Positions 62,880 through 64,000 of a DNA stretch of 64,000 nt are shown in pieces. The position numbers were made by a program, and so were the translations under genes. Below the pieces are notes generated by a model. That model ran no database searches. It worked only from the letters and a program-made list of their open reading frames with translations, and was not told the DNA's origin. The first letter of the stretch is position 1, and each line of letters opens with the position of its first letter. The stretch is from Octopus sinensis (taxonomy: Eukaryota): contig NC_043001.1 of the NCBI RefSeq assembly GCF_006345805.1, positions 83,514,001-83,578,000 on the forward strand, in the 5' to 3' direction.

Positions 62880-63860
62880 TTGCCCTAATATATGTTTAGG
62901 TGGTCACAGTTTCCTATCCCACTTTCTTTTGCCATGAGCAAAAATAAAACTCAGGGCCAAACACTAAAAGTTGCAGGATTGCAACTTGAAGAACCATGCT
63001 TTTCACATGGCCAACTTTATGTAGAAGCATCACGTGTGGGAGAAAAGGCAAATCTTTTTGCTTATGCACACCAAAATAAAACAAAAAACATTATTTATAA
63101 AGAAATATTCACTCTTAATACAACATGAATACTTCAATAATTTAACGTGTATGACATCAATCTTTTTTCTACTTATACTTCAATAACTTAATCTGCTATT
63201 ACTGTCATTACATTTAAGAATGATTAAATTACCTATTTAAATGACCTGTATTGTATAATTGCCATCACTCTATTGATAAATAAAATAACACATATGATTA
63301 ATTTATTATTGTCATATGATAAACAAAAAGATGTTTGTGTATGAAATCCATCTTTTTTTTTTTTTTTACATCAATTATTATGTTTTTCTCTTATAAAATA
63401 CACTCACACAGGAGGAGTAAATCTAAATCTGTAGTGGTAGTCTCACCCTGGTTCAGATTTGAAACATTATGTAGGAGCATCATATGTGGGACCAAAAGCA
63501 AATCTTTTTGCTTATGCATCCCGAAATAAAACAAAAAAGATTGTTTACAAAGAAATATTCACTCTTAATGCAACATGAATACTTCCATAAATTAATTTTC
63601 CATTACTATCATTACATTCAAGAATAAAATCGATCTTTTTCTCCTTCAATTATTATATGCCTTTCTCTTATAAAATACACAAATACAGGGGGTTCATGTA
63701 TGAAATTGATCTTTTTTCTACTTCAGTTATTACATATTTTTCTCTAATAAAAATACACACATACAGGAGGAGTAAATTATATATATAATAATACTTTCAA
63801 TGTGGCTCTCGAGAAACAGTAAAAGTAATTACCCGATGAACAGCAGGTGTTACTGCTAGT
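62880..63860 (+). mobile_element. Helitron 3' remnant: Pif1-like helicase C-terminus, partial duplication, short tandem units, terminal CTAG
   Basis: QFPIPLSFAMSKNKTQGQTL...FSHGQLYVEASRV...TKNIIYKEI (62892-63128); repeated at about 63470-63595; ends cccgatgaacagcaggtgttactgCTAG-T. Confidence 0.85.
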
Positions 63861-64000
63861 ATATATATATTTGTGTAAATGTTGAACAATGGGAATGAGT
63901 GCTCAGCACTGCATTGTGGGTGTAGGCAACATTATAGGAAAATATACACCTTGGTGTTCTGCATTTATCTTAGTAGACACTAACAATCCTCAGTGGGTTA

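Overview
AT-rich eukaryotic DNA, most likely an octopus or other coleoid cephalopod (inferred from my recognition of the repeat families, not from a database search). Two intron-rich genes lie on the minus strand. (1) CDC50/TMEM30A, the P4-ATPase flippase beta subunit: five coding exons at 22518-22383, 11350-11217, 7862-7722, 6567-6369 and 207-97, continuing beyond the left edge. (2) The 3' half of an SLC26/prestin-like anion transporter (last TM helices plus STAS): seven coding exons from 59472 to a predicted stop at 44238, with the 5' half beyond the right edge. All exons join in frame with GT-AG boundaries; the last two SLC26 exons have no sequence-similarity support. The rest is a dense mix of mobile elements: a 5'-truncated RTE-like LINE with a C4HC3 PHD-like insert in its RT region and a hairpin array in its 3' UTR, many dispersed copies of that 3' end, a second RTE-type LINE fragment, four tRNA-like SINE families, five mariner copies or derivatives (one nearly intact), pogo-like and TTAA-type MITEs, Helitron remnants, Penelope-like GIY-YIG remnants with minimal hammerhead-like motifs, and micro/minisatellites. 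There is no CRISPR array, rRNA or genuine tRNA gene, and most short ORFs in the track are spurious repeat translations. I found no confidently new biological system; the best leads are repeat-encoded RNA or DNA structures. Repeat boundaries were read by eye and are approximate unless TIR/TSD coordinates are given.
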